This document shows, one piece after another, positions 1 through 10,500 of a stretch of DNA of 51,030 bases. The notes under the pieces were generated by a model, which saw only the letters and a program-made list of their open reading frames with translations, searched no databases and was not told the DNA's origin. Positions within the stretch are counted from its first letter, which is position 1. Each line of letters starts with the position of its first letter. Source of the stretch: Gaiellaceae bacterium (GTDB taxonomy: Bacteria > Actinomycetota > Thermoleophilia > Gaiellales > Gaiellaceae); contig JBJMJE010000187.1 of the NCBI GenBank assembly GCA_045806505.1, forward strand, positions 1 through 51,030. The letters run 5' to 3'. Made by a program: the position numbers and the translations under genes.

Positions 1-90
1 AGGCCGAAGATCTGCCCGCCGAGCGCGACGAGCCTCTCGGTCGACGTGTCCTGCGGCGCGAGTCGATAGATCGGTAGACGGTCCGGCATG
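1..90 (-). CDS. 5' end (30 codons) of an unidentified gene that runs off the left edge
   Basis: ATG at 90 on the minus strand follows a G-rich SD (aaggggggctct). The frame is open to position 1 (MPDRLPIYRLAPQDTSTERLVALGGQIFG...). It is too short to name. Confidence 0.3.
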
Positions 91-247
91 AGAGCCCCCC
101 TTACGTGATTGCGGCTGCTTTCCCCCTTCGCAGAGCAGTCTGAACTCCCGACTCGGTCGCGACAAGCGTGCTCTCGGATCAGCCGACGAGTCGACGAACG
201 ATACGATCGACCGTTGGCAGCGACCGGCGCTTCACGGAGGTGATCGG

Positions 248-898
248 ATGAACGACAAGACGAACGAGAACGCGAAGTGGCGCGTCGTGCGCCTCGACGA
301 CCTCGAGCGGCGCGGCAGGTTCATTCCGGTACGCGAGCATCTCGGGATCCACTCGTTCGGGATCAACGGTGTGACGCGCGGCGAGGACGGCACGCTGATC
401 AACGAACACGACGAATCCGGGTCGGGGCAGGAAGAGGTGTATGTCGTGCTCGACGGGACCGCGAGATTCGAGATCGACGGGCAGGGCTTCGATGCGCCGG
501 CGGGGACCTTCGTGTCCGTGCCGCCCGACGCGCGGCGCAAGGCGACCGGCGACGCAACCGTCCTCGCCCTCGGCGGCACTCCGGGCGAGGCGTACCAGGC
601 GCTCGACTGGGGTGAGGCATGGTCGGTTCACCAGGAGTCGATGAGCGCCTACGGCGAGCAGCGCTACGCGGACGCGCTCGCTGCGGTGCGCAGTGGCCTG
701 GAGCGCTTTCCGGATCACGCCGGCCTCAATTACAACTACGCGTGTTTTGCGACGCTCGCGGGTGAGATCGACGACGAGACGTTCAGTCGCCTCCGGCGGT
801 CGGGCGAGCTGTTCCCGCCGTTCCGCGAGCAGGCGCGAGCGGACGACGACTTCGCTCCGATACGCGCTGACCCGCGGTTCGAGGAAGCTCTTCGCTGA
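248..898 (+). CDS. Cupin-domain protein with a helical (TPR-like) C-terminal half
   Basis: ORF track, 216 aa. Cupin_2-like core EVYVVLDGTARFEIDGQGFDAPAGTFVSVPP. SD ggagg lies just upstream of the ATG. Confidence 0.7.
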   Translation: MNDKTNENAKWRVVRLDDLERRGRFIPVREHLGIHSFGINGVTRGEDGTLINEHDESGSGQEEVYVVLDGTARFEIDGQGFDAPAGTFVSVPPDARRKATGDATVLALGGTPGEAYQALDWGEAWSVHQESMSAYGEQRYADALAAVRSGLERFPDHAGLNYNYACFATLAGEIDDETFSRLRRSGELFPPFREQARADDDFAPIRADPRFEEALR

Positions 899-933
899 GC
901 AACCCGCTGCGCGACGAGCGCCACGCCTGCCGC

Positions 934-3819
934 TCAATAGGCGTTCGCCAGCGGGCGGAAGCGCGTGATGAGGTACTTCCGCCGGCTGCGCGGAAAGGTG
1001 AGGCGATGCGGATCGCCGTCGGAGACATAGCGGCTCTCGGGATGCTGCTCGAGCTCGTGCAGCCAGAACTCCGTGCAGAAGTCGCGCTCTCCGTGCCAGG
1101 GCAGGTGTGACGTCCGGATGCGGGGCACCGCGGCGCGGTCGAACTTCGTGCTGAACGGCGACGGCGCCGGTTCCGCGCCCGCGAGGAACGCCGCCGCGAA
1201 GCGATAGCTCTGGCGGTGCCACGTTCCGCGGAGCGCGAGCGCTCGCTTACGTGGCAGGGCTCCGAGCGGCAGCGCCATCGTCCGGATTCGATAGCCGGGT
1301 ACGGCGTCGGTGATCACATTCCCGCCCTGGACGAGCTCGCGCTGGACGCCGGCGTCGCCGAGGGTGTTCAGCGGAATGTGGTCGTGGGTGTGGTCTCCGA
1401 GCTCGAATCCGTGCGCGACGAGCCAGCGCAGCATCGCCGGCGCGCGCTGGGTTCCCGCGAAAGGCTCGCGCAGCACGTAGAAGGTGCCGGCGATCTTGAA
1501 CTTCGGGTGCGCGCGCGCGAATGCGCGCATCACGCCGATCGCTGTGGTGGCTTTGATGTCCCCACTTGCGGTGTAGAAGAACTGGAACTGCGTCGAGTCG
1601 TCGAAGGTGAGCACGACCGGCGTCTTCCCCGCGGGAACGGAGCCGAGCCGTCCGCTCGCGAGCGCGGCCGCGGTGACGGGCCAGTAACCCTGCCGCCAGA
1701 GCTTCTCGAGCTCGGCGCGGAACTCTGCCGGCGTCTGGTCGAACGCCCCGACGCGATCCGGCCGGATCTCGTGGTGCATGATCACCGGAATCACGCCGAG
1801 CTCGTTCGGCTTTCGCCCCTTCACCGCCCTGACGCGGAGCGCTTTCGGTCTGGGTTTGTGCGCCGCCGCCGCCGCCGCCGTCGTCGTGGTCGGCTTCGCC
1901 AGCCCGCCCGAGAACAGCGGAGCGTTCTGCGCGAGCGCGTCGGACGTGTAGGTGACCAGAGGATCCCAGAGCAGGAACTCATGGATGCCGTCGCGCTGCG
2001 CGGCGTCGATCTGGGCGCGCACCTCGGCGGGGCCGTAGGCGACGCCGAGGGTGAAGTCCTGCAGCCACGGCACGATTCGCGCGCCCGTGTTGCGCGTATG
2101 GCGCTTGAAGTCGCGGAGCGAGCGGGCGACGATCGCATACGGCTGCCCGTTCGGGTTCGGCACGTTGTATTCGCCGGGGCTCCAGTGCGAGGGGTAGACC
2201 ATCGGCGCCACGTAGTCGGCTTCGCGCGCCATTTGTGGAATGTCTTGCGCGACCTCGTCCGGCCGCGTGGCGGCGACGCCGAACACGGACACTCCGAAGT
2301 ACGTTCCGAACGGCCGCAACGCCAGGCGCGTCTCGCGCAGGAACTCGACGATCGCGCGTGATGGTTTCGCGTGCAGGCCGGGGAACACCATCGAGCCGAG
2401 CGGACCGTCCGGCCGGCGCACGTAGTCGTAGAGCACGTCGTCGACGCCGGCGCGTGCGGCTGCCACCGCGATGTCGATGTTGTACTTCCGAACGACCGGG
2501 TTCGCGAAGTTCGTGAAGCCGCCGTAACCGGAATAAGGGCCGCCGTTCGGCGCCTGCACGACCTCGTCGCGCCGGCCGTGCCTCCATGCTGCTTTCGCAA
2601 GCAACGGGTCACGGAAGCAGACGAGGCGCCCGATAACGCGGATGCCGCGCGCATGCATCTGCGCGACGAGTCGCCGGAGGTCGTAGATCGGTTGAGCCGC
2701 GCCGACGCGACGAGCCAGCGCTACCGGTGGGTCGAAGCCCGCGAGTCCGCCCTCGTCCTTGAGGTCGATCTCGATTGCGTTGATCCGGTGCTCCGCGATC
2801 AGCCGGAGCACGCCGTGACGCAGCGAGTCGTCGGCCCAGCCATACGCCGTGACGTGGACCGCGCGTACCGGGGCGGACGGTCGCCGCGGCACAATCGAGA
2901 CGGGTAACCGTTCGGTCGCCCGGTTGCCGGCCTCGTCGGCGACCACGGCTGTCACCTTTGCCGGAATCGGCGGCGCGAGCGACGCCGTGACCCGACCCGC
3001 CCCGTCGACCCGCGCGGGACGCCCGTTGATGGTCACGCGCGCCCGGGGTTCCGTCCTCGCGTCGATCTGGAGCGGCCGCCAGCGGTTCATCCGTAACGGC
3101 TGCTGCACGCGGAGCTCGGGCGGCGTGAGGTCGACCGTGAACGAGACGCGGTCGTGCGCACTTGTGCCGAGGATGCCGTCCTGTGTGATCTCGAGTGCGT
3201 GCTCGCCGTCGTCGAGACGTCGGGGCCTGAAGACGAGCCGCGTGCCTCGCGAGCGCACCTGCGAGGTGACGTCGCGTCCGTCCAGTGTCCAGTGCTGCTT
3301 CTCGAGTGCGCTGCCTTTCCCGTTGCTAGCGAATGCGAGTGTCGCTAGGCGCGCGCGGCCGATTGCGGCACCCGAGCTCAGACCGTCCACCGAAAGCGAG
3401 GGACGGAGTGCCGCTTCCGCCGCCCTCATTGCGACCGCGGCAAACGCAATTGCGAGCGCGCCGCCGGCAAGCACGACGACGGCGCTCTTCGCGTGCCGCC
3501 CGAGCCAGACGCGCGGCGCCTGCGTACGCGGAGGGCTCGTGCGACGGCGAGGCTCCGGGCGCGGCCCTCCTTTCGCCTGTTCGCGCGGAACGACCTCGCG
3601 GGTAAGAGCGAGCAGGCCGCGCGCGCGCGAGCGCATCGCGGCGCTGCGGTCGTTCTGGGCCGCCTTCGCCCAGCGCTTCGCCTCCGCGATGTCCGCACGG
3701 TCCGGTTCAGCATTCGCGATGCGCGCCCGAACGACTCTCGCAATCGCAGCGGGCGTAGCACCGTCCCGCTCGGACTCGTCAGCCCAGGCAAGAAGATCCT
3801 GCAGGCGAGCGGGATCCAA
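934..3819 (-). CDS. Large membrane-anchored polysaccharide-modifying protein: N-terminal TM segment, Ig-like region, DUF4015-type glycoside-hydrolase-like TIM barrel, Thr/Ala linker, C-terminal CE4 polysaccharide deacetylase
   Basis: 961-aa ORF. The DUF4015-like stretch is INAIEIDLKDEGG ... RLVCFRDP ... YDYVRRP. CE4 motifs are VVLTFDDS and GDHTHDH. The hydrophobic segment is SAVVVLAGGALAIAFAAVAM. Confidence 0.8.
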   Translation of the reverse strand: MDPARLQDLLAWADESERDGATPAAIARVVRARIANAEPDRADIAEAKRWAKAAQNDRSAAMRSRARGLLALTREVVPREQAKGGPRPEPRRRTSPPRTQAPRVWLGRHAKSAVVVLAGGALAIAFAAVAMRAAEAALRPSLSVDGLSSGAAIGRARLATLAFASNGKGSALEKQHWTLDGRDVTSQVRSRGTRLVFRPRRLDDGEHALEITQDGILGTSAHDRVSFTVDLTPPELRVQQPLRMNRWRPLQIDARTEPRARVTINGRPARVDGAGRVTASLAPPIPAKVTAVVADEAGNRATERLPVSIVPRRPSAPVRAVHVTAYGWADDSLRHGVLRLIAEHRINAIEIDLKDEGGLAGFDPPVALARRVGAAQPIYDLRRLVAQMHARGIRVIGRLVCFRDPLLAKAAWRHGRRDEVVQAPNGGPYSGYGGFTNFANPVVRKYNIDIAVAAARAGVDDVLYDYVRRPDGPLGSMVFPGLHAKPSRAIVEFLRETRLALRPFGTYFGVSVFGVAATRPDEVAQDIPQMAREADYVAPMVYPSHWSPGEYNVPNPNGQPYAIVARSLRDFKRHTRNTGARIVPWLQDFTLGVAYGPAEVRAQIDAAQRDGIHEFLLWDPLVTYTSDALAQNAPLFSGGLAKPTTTTAAAAAAHKPRPKALRVRAVKGRKPNELGVIPVIMHHEIRPDRVGAFDQTPAEFRAELEKLWRQGYWPVTAAALASGRLGSVPAGKTPVVLTFDDSTQFQFFYTASGDIKATTAIGVMRAFARAHPKFKIAGTFYVLREPFAGTQRAPAMLRWLVAHGFELGDHTHDHIPLNTLGDAGVQRELVQGGNVITDAVPGYRIRTMALPLGALPRKRALALRGTWHRQSYRFAAAFLAGAEPAPSPFSTKFDRAAVPRIRTSHLPWHGERDFCTEFWLHELEQHPESRYVSDGDPHRLTFPRSRRKYLITRFRPLANAY

Positions 3820-3960
3820 CGACGAGAGGCTAGCCGCAGACGCGCGAAAGCGATGGGCTTCCGGGCCTGGGCGACCTCAGCCGCCGGGGCGGGTCGCCGT
3901 TTAACGCACGATTAGCGGCTGTTTAGCCACCCGCGCGACGCTCGCCCGAGGTGATGTGTC

Positions 3961-5967
3961 GTGCGTTTCCGGTCAGACATCCAAGGGCTCCGCGGTGTTG
4001 CAGTCCTGATCGTGGCGCTCGGTCATGCGGGCGTTCCGGGGATGGGCGGAGGCTTCGTCGGCGTCGACGTCTTCTTCGTGATCTCAGGCTTCCTGATCAC
4101 GGCGTGGCTCCTCGAGCGCTCCCTCGAGTCGCAGCGCGTGCCGTTTCGCGACTTCTACGCCGCGCGGGCGCGTCGGATCCTGCCCGCCGCCGCCCTGACG
4201 CTCGTGGCCACGTGCCTCGCATGTGTCACGTACCTGAATCCGGTGCGGGCGGTGTCGGCTCTCCACGACGCGCTGTGGGCTGCGTTCTTCGCTGCGAACA
4301 TCCACTTCGCGAGCGTCGGCGGTGACTACTTCGCACGCGACGACCCGCCGTCGCCGCTCCAGCACTTCTGGACGCTCGCCGTCGAAGAACAGTTCTATCT
4401 CGCGTGGCCGGTGCTCCTGGCTGTCGCGATCCTGTTTCTGCGCGCGACGCGGCGGAGCAGCCGCGTCGCACGCTGCAGCCTCGCAGGGCTCGTGGTGCTG
4501 GGGATAGCCGCCTCGCTCGCCTGGTCGGTCCGCGTGACCGCTTCGGATCCGACCGCTGCTTATTTCTCGACCGCCGCGCGTGCGTGGGAACTCGGTGCCG
4601 GTGCCCTCCTCGCGATCGGCCTGCCGTTGATCGTGCGGGTGCCGGCGCGCCTGCGCGCTGCCCTCACATGGGTCGGCCTCGCCGGCATCCTCGTCGCGGC
4701 GGTGACGTACGGGCCCGGCACACCGTTCCCCGGCTATGCGGCGTTGCTGCCCGTCACCGCGGCGGGGCTCGTTGTCGCCGGCGGCGCAGTGTCCGCGGGT
4801 CGCGGCGGAGCCGGCATCGTCCTGCGTTGGCGGCCGCTGCTCCTCGTGGGCGACATCTCCTACGCGTTCTATCTCTGGCACTGGCCGCCGCTCGTGATTG
4901 CCGCGGAATATGCTGGGCATCCCCTGACGACGCTGCAGAACCTGGTGCTGGTCGCCGGTGCTTTTGCGCTGAGCTACTTCACGTACCGGGTGTACGAGAA
5001 CCCGTTGCGCCACGCGCGCCGGCTGCGGCGGCCACGGCTGGCTCTCGCGCTGTGGCCGGTCAGCGTCTCGACGGTCGTCCTCGCCGCCGCGCTCGCTCTG
5101 ACGTCCGTGGTCACGCCTGGTGCCGCTGCCCCCAGTCTCGAGATCAGATCGGGAATCAGCCATGCGGTTGCCAGCGGCCAGACGCTGCGCGAAGCGCTGC
5201 TCGAGAGCGTCGCACCGACACGGCTGCGCGAACCCGTCCCGCCTGCGCTCGCGCCGCCGCTCGGGAAGCTGCTCGGCGACAGATACGACCTCGGCAGCTG
5301 TACGGCGGGCACCGGCGCGACGCGCTCGGAGTTGTGCAACGTCGGAGACACGGCGGCGCGCCGGACCATGGTCGTGCTCGGCGACTCACACGCGACGATG
5401 TGGATGCCCGCTTTCGTCCGGTTCGCCGTCCGCTACCACTGGAGGCTCGTGCCGCTGATCCATGTCGGATGCGTGCCGTCCGTGATGCGCTCCGGCAGCT
5501 GTGCACCGTGGTATGACTGGGCGCGCGAGCAGCTGCGGCGGCTCCATCCTCGCGCTGTCGTGGTGTCGCAGTTCTGGTCGAGCTGGGGGACTCGTGGCGT
5601 GGGAGCGGTCGCGCGGGAGCTTCGCGATCTAGCGCCGCTGACGCAGCGGCTGCTCGTCATCGAGGATCCGCCGGCCCGCAACCAGGCTGCCCTCGACTGC
5701 CTGCTCGCGCCCGGCGCCACACTCGGCTCTTGCGCGTTTCGCATCACCCCGGCCGAGGCGGCCGCTTACGCCTCCATGCGGCGGGAGGTCGCGACGGCGA
5801 AAGCCGCCTACGTCCCTACGCTGCCATGGTTCTGCGTGCGCGGCCTGTGCCCGAGCGTCGTGGGAACGATCGTCACGTACCGCGACACGACCCACATCAC
5901 CGCGACGTACGCGCGCATGCTGGCCGAGTCGCTGGCCACCGAACTGGCCGTCGCGACCCGCAGCTGA
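3961..5967 (+). CDS. Acyltransferase family 3 (OafA/YrhL-type O-acyltransferase) with a C-terminal SGNH-like domain
   Basis: 668 aa with a GTG start. N-terminus is RSDIQGLRGVAVLIVALGH, followed by multiple TM segments. The C-terminal VVLGDSHA block is typical of the fused SGNH domain. Confidence 0.85.
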   Translation: MRFRSDIQGLRGVAVLIVALGHAGVPGMGGGFVGVDVFFVISGFLITAWLLERSLESQRVPFRDFYAARARRILPAAALTLVATCLACVTYLNPVRAVSALHDALWAAFFAANIHFASVGGDYFARDDPPSPLQHFWTLAVEEQFYLAWPVLLAVAILFLRATRRSSRVARCSLAGLVVLGIAASLAWSVRVTASDPTAAYFSTAARAWELGAGALLAIGLPLIVRVPARLRAALTWVGLAGILVAAVTYGPGTPFPGYAALLPVTAAGLVVAGGAVSAGRGGAGIVLRWRPLLLVGDISYAFYLWHWPPLVIAAEYAGHPLTTLQNLVLVAGAFALSYFTYRVYENPLRHARRLRRPRLALALWPVSVSTVVLAAALALTSVVTPGAAAPSLEIRSGISHAVASGQTLREALLESVAPTRLREPVPPALAPPLGKLLGDRYDLGSCTAGTGATRSELCNVGDTAARRTMVVLGDSHATMWMPAFVRFAVRYHWRLVPLIHVGCVPSVMRSGSCAPWYDWAREQLRRLHPRAVVVSQFWSSWGTRGVGAVARELRDLAPLTQRLLVIEDPPARNQAALDCLLAPGATLGSCAFRITPAEAAAYASMRREVATAKAAYVPTLPWFCVRGLCPSVVGTIVTYRDTTHITATYARMLAESLATELAVATRS

Positions 5968-6018
5968 GGGTTACCGTCCCCTCGCCGCGAGCGCCGCGGT
6001 AGCGCGTATCGTCCCGGC

Positions 6019-6912
6019 GTGCTGAGACGATTGCGGTCGCCGGTCACGTCTCGCAGACGCTCGGTGGCCGTCGTCGCGTTGGTTGTCTCCGCCGTGGTGG
6101 CTGTGACCGCCCCGGACGCGATCGATGCCGCCGATCACGGCTATTTCGTCCACGGCGCGACGCTCGTCCACTACTCGCTGACGAGCGAGTTGCTCGGCCG
6201 TCGCCTGGACGAGGTGGCCGTCGTGCCCTCGGGCCCTGCGCGTCGTCCGCTGCTCGTCTTGCTCCACGGACGACACGACCCGCGCCCGGGCTCCTCGCCG
6301 TCTCCACGCAGGAGCGGTCCGGAGTCGATGCTCGGCGACGCACTCTTCGCCGGCCTCGCAGCGCTCGGAAAGGAAGCTCCGATCGTCGTGCTGCTGAACG
6401 GCGGCCAGCACAGCTGGTACCACGATCGGCGTTCCGGCCGCTGGAGCTCGATGCTGCTCGACGAAGCGATTCCCGATGCGATCCGTCGCTTCCATGCCGA
6501 CGCGGACCGCATCGCGATCGGCGGGATCTCGATGGGCGGCTACGGCGCCCTCCACCTCGCCGCTCTGCGTCCGGACGAGTTTTGCGCCGTCGGCGGCCAC
6601 TCCGCTGCCCTCTACGAGACCTACCGCACCAGCGCTCCCATCGCGTTCGACGACGCCGCCGACTTCGCCCGCAACGACGTCTTCCATGCCGCTCTGCGGG
6701 GTCGCTTCACGCGCCTGCCGGTCTGGATCGACGGCGGCACTGACGATCCCTTCCAGCGCGCTGACTCCGCCTTCGCTTCGCTGCTCCGAGCGCGGGGCGT
6801 CGATGTCACGTATCACGTCTGGCCCGGAGCGCATACGCCGTCTTACTGGAGGACGCACATGGCTGCGTACCTCCGCTTCTATGCCTCGGCGCTTACAAGC
6901 TGCTCCTTCTGA
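6019..6912 (+). CDS. Secreted alpha/beta-hydrolase (putative esterase family)
   Basis: 297 aa. Signal-like N-terminus; nucleophile elbow GGISMGGYGALHLA. Confidence 0.7.
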   Translation: MLRRLRSPVTSRRRSVAVVALVVSAVVAVTAPDAIDAADHGYFVHGATLVHYSLTSELLGRRLDEVAVVPSGPARRPLLVLLHGRHDPRPGSSPSPRRSGPESMLGDALFAGLAALGKEAPIVVLLNGGQHSWYHDRRSGRWSSMLLDEAIPDAIRRFHADADRIAIGGISMGGYGALHLAALRPDEFCAVGGHSAALYETYRTSAPIAFDDAADFARNDVFHAALRGRFTRLPVWIDGGTDDPFQRADSAFASLLRARGVDVTYHVWPGAHTPSYWRTHMAAYLRFYASALTSCSF

Positions 6913-6951
6913 GCGGGAGCATCGGGCGGCGGCGTGCAATAGTCAAACCGC

Positions 6952-7575
6952 TCAACCGAGGCGGTGGAGGATCCGCGCAGCGAGCATTTCGTCTCGTGTA
7001 CCGACGTAGAAGACGACGTCTCCGTGCGGGTAGAGGTAGAGCGTCGCGCCACTTGGATACACGACCTTGGTCACGCGCCGGCTGCCGACGCGGCGCGAGG
7101 AGACGGCCAGCCCGGGGGCGTTCGGGCGAGTGCTCCGGACGATCGCGTCGCGCAGTGCCGGCGCGGCGAGCCCGACGACGTGGAAGGCGCCGACCTCGAC
7201 GCCGAGGGCGGGAGCCTGCGCGTTCGCGAACGTCAGGTCTTCCGGCGTCTTGCCGGCTCGCCCGAGGATGCCCTTCAGCACCTGGCTGAATGCGTTGTTT
7301 CCCGACAGCACGACGGCTCCGGTGGCGCTGCCCTTCGCGAGGCGGTGGCCGTCGATCATGCTGGGCAGCAGTGCCTCGAGCTGCGGTGCCGCGTGGCTCA
7401 CCCGCGCGCGCTTGGTCGTCGAGGCCTGCGTCGTCTCCTGACCGGTCGTTGTCGGCGCAGTCGCGCTCTTCCCGCCGCAGCCTGCGAGCACGAGGACCGA
7501 CGCGAGGGCGGCCGCCGCGATGAGGCGGGCCCGGTTGCCCGGGCCCGCCTGTGCTGCGTTGGATTGCGTCGACGT
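6952..7575 (-). CDS. Lipoprotein of unknown function (5' boundary unresolved)
   Basis: Lipobox ...RARLIAAAALASVLVLAGCGG followed by about 170 aa. Between the stop of the upstream gene (7581) and the lipobox I find no in-frame ATG, GTG or TTG. The upstream 330 aa of track ORF 6952..8562 is Arg/Pro-rich shadow sequence. Confidence 0.5.
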   Translation of the reverse strand, partial: TSTQSNAAQAGPGNRARLIAAAALASVLVLAGCGGKSATAPTTTGQETTQASTTKRARVSHAAPQLEALLPSMIDGHRLAKGSATGAVVLSGNNAFSQVLKGILGRAGKTPEDLTFANAQAPALGVEVGAFHVVGLAAPALRDAIVRSTRPNAPGLAVSSRRVGSRRVTKVVYPSGATLYLYPHGDVVFYVGTRDEMLAARILHRLG

Positions 7576-7580
7576 GCGTT

Positions 7581-10500
7581 CTACTGGTCGAAGCTCGGGA
7601 CGAAGAGCGCCTGCACCTCGTCGTTCGGCGTCTCGAAGGAGATGAGCGCTGATCCGCCGGCCGCGAGCATGTCGGCCTGGCCGGGGGAGAGGTCGAACTT
7701 GACCTTCGCCCGTACGCTGCCGATCGTCGCGGTGGCCGTGGCGACGACGCGGCCGCTCATGTCGGGCGACCAGGGCGGGATGCCGCCGTCGGTCACGGCG
7801 CACGGTGTGAAGCCGTAGTCCGGCGGTGGGTCGTTTGCCAGGCCGCAGCTCGAGAGGAACACCGGGATGCTCGCGTGATCCCCCGTCCAGAGGAAGACGT
7901 GAACCGTCCCCGGGCCGGTCGCGCTGAAGTCGAACTCGACCTTCTCCGGGTTCAGCTTCACCTTCTCGATTGCGATGCGGTCGTTCGTCGGCGCGGGGTC
8001 GCGGCCCGAGATCGGCACGCCGTCCGTCGCAGACTGGTAGATCGTCTGCGGCGAGAGGACGCCGTCCAGGTTCGGGTGCGACACGTTCGGCGTCGCAGGC
8101 GTCGTCGACCGGCCCGCCGGCGGCGTGTAGCCCGGGATGTAGGCGTGGCCCCAGCGGAACGGATCGGCCTGGACGCCGCCGGTGTCGTTCGAGAACGCGA
8201 GTCGCGTGCTCTGGTCGATGTGACGCAGCGTCGTCGTGCCGGCCGCGGCCGTGTTGTCCTCGTCGTACGGCGTGATGTTCAGGCCCAGGTGCTGCGGGTT
8301 GATCGCGTTCGTCGCAGCCGAACCGGTCGGGGGGCTCGACGTCGGTCCGATCGCGGACGGCAGGTCCGCGAGCGGGATCTTCACCTCGAGGTTGTAGCCG
8401 CCGGCCGCGCCGTAGCTGTGGTCGACGGTGGTCGAGTTGCTGCCTACCCACGTCGCCGTGGAGACGACCTGCACGCCGGGGGCGTTCGGCGCCTGATCGA
8501 CGGTTGCGGCGAGCGGCCCCGTTGCGTAGCCCTGGTGATTGTCCGCGTCGCGCTCCCAGCACGCGCCGTTCGGGCCGTTGCCGTTGAAGTTGGCCGGGTC
8601 GTTCGTGAACGGGAACACGCCGAGCTTGAACGTCGTGCCCGTGTCGAAGTTGTTCAGCGACGAGTCGCCGCGCGGGTCGATGAGGAACTCAACCGAGTCC
8701 GCGAGCCAGTGCGCGACGCACTCCTGCGGCGTCACCGCGTAGCTCTGGAAGTCGTCGCGGATGTGGACGAAGAAGTAGAGGTTGTCGTTGTTCACCGCGA
8801 CCCGTCCGTAGCTCGAGGTCGCGTCGCCGGGAGTGCCGGCGGTACCGCAGTCGACTCCGGCCGGCGCGCATGCCGAGCCGGACCACTTGCGGCTGAGGTC
8901 GAGAGCCGGGCCCGTGTAGACGGACGCGTCCTCCTGGCCGTCCATGACCGGGGCCGAGGCGGACACCGGAACGTTCGTGCTCGGGGCGACCGTCATCGTC
9001 AGCGTCTCGCTTGCCGAGGACGCAGGTGTCGAGTACGACGTCGCGATCGTGATCGACTTCTGCAACGTCGTCGTGCCGGGGTCGTTGATCGCGGCGCCCG
9101 GAAGCGTCGTATCCGTGTTCGTGAGCGTGAACACGACGGTCGTGTCCGCCCCCGGAGCGAGCGGCCCGTACGGCTTCGACGTCGCGTCGAGCGTGAAGTC
9201 CGCCGGCGCGGTGATCGTCACCGTCCCGCTCTGCGGCGTGGTCGACCAGTTGTGCACGTCGACGGGGAACGAGACCGTCTCGCCCATGCCCATCGACTGC
9301 ACGGCGGCGGAGCGGCCGAGCCGCAACGCCTGCGGCGCCGTGCCCGTCAGCCACTGATCGAACTCCGCGTACTTCCCCCAGCGGTGGAACCGTCCCTCGA
9401 CGGCCGGGACGACGCGCACGACGTTGTCGGTGTAACCCGTGACCGCGCCGCCCGTGTACTGCGCCGCGATCTTGAAGTTGCTCGTCACCGCGGACGCGCT
9501 CGGCGTGACGGTGAAGTCGATGGTCGCCGAGCCGCCTGCCGGAATCGGCGCCACCGGCTTTGCCGCATCGACCGTCCAGCCGCTCGGAACCGTGAGGGCG
9601 ACCGAGCCTGCGGGGATCGACGACGAGCCTGGTGCCGTGAGGTGCAGCGTCGCCGTGAACGACTGCCCCGCCACGTTGAAGAAGCGGTTGAACGTCAGGT
9701 ACTCGAGCGTGCCGAGCGGCAGGCCGCCCGGGTCCTGGTCCGTCGCGCCGTAGAGGATCGCGTTGTCCTTGCCCGCAAGCGGATTGGCGGTTCCGTCCGG
9801 ATTCGTGTTCGGCTGGAACGGCACGAACGCCATCGTCTGGCCGAAGCGCGAGCAGCCGGGATTCGCGCTGCCCTGGAACATCACGCGGCTCTGCGTCGGG
9901 TAGGCCGACGAGCCCTCGGATGCGACCTGCGCCCAGATCTTCGGGGTGCCGGCCGGCTTGCCCTGGATGTTCCCCGCCGGCCAGAGGTACGGCGAGTTGT
10001 AGCCCGTCCACGCTCCGACGACGGTGTCGAGGTTCGTCCCGGGCGTCGGAACGAAGCCGGTCGTGCAGTCGGCGGCCGTGGTCGTGCCGCCGGTTCCGGC
10101 CGTGCTGCCGCCCGAGAAGATCTTCTTCACCTGCCACGTGCCTAGGGCGTCCGGCCCCGTGAGTTGGTCGGGGAACATCGCCGCGTTCGCGGCGGCGAGC
10201 ATTCCCTCCCAGATGAAGCGACCCGCCTGTTGGTGGTTGCCGTGACCTGCGCCGAGAGTCGGGGTGAAGCCGATGTAGACGTCGGGCTGAGTCATGCGGA
10301 TGATTCGCGTGACGCGCCGCAGCGTGTCGTCGTGACCCCAGAAGAACTGCGTCTCGGGCGCGCTCTGGTTGAAGAAGAAGTCGACCTTGTCGATGTTGAA
10401 GATGTCGGTCGTGCCGGAGCGGTAGTGCGCCGAGCGGTCCTCGTTCTCGCGCCTGAGCCCGAGTGCGGGGCCGATCTCCGTGCCGACGGCGTTGCCGCCG

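Noticed and set aside
1855-1895. Run of gccgcc/gtcgtc triplets resembling a microsatellite
   Set aside because: It encodes the TTTTAAAAAA inter-domain linker of the 934..3819 protein, so it is a coding low-complexity linker rather than a separate repeat element.
7576-8562. Upstream 330 aa of ORF 6952..8562
   Set aside because: This is shadow sequence inside the PIG-L gene. Only the lipobox-containing C-terminal part looks real.
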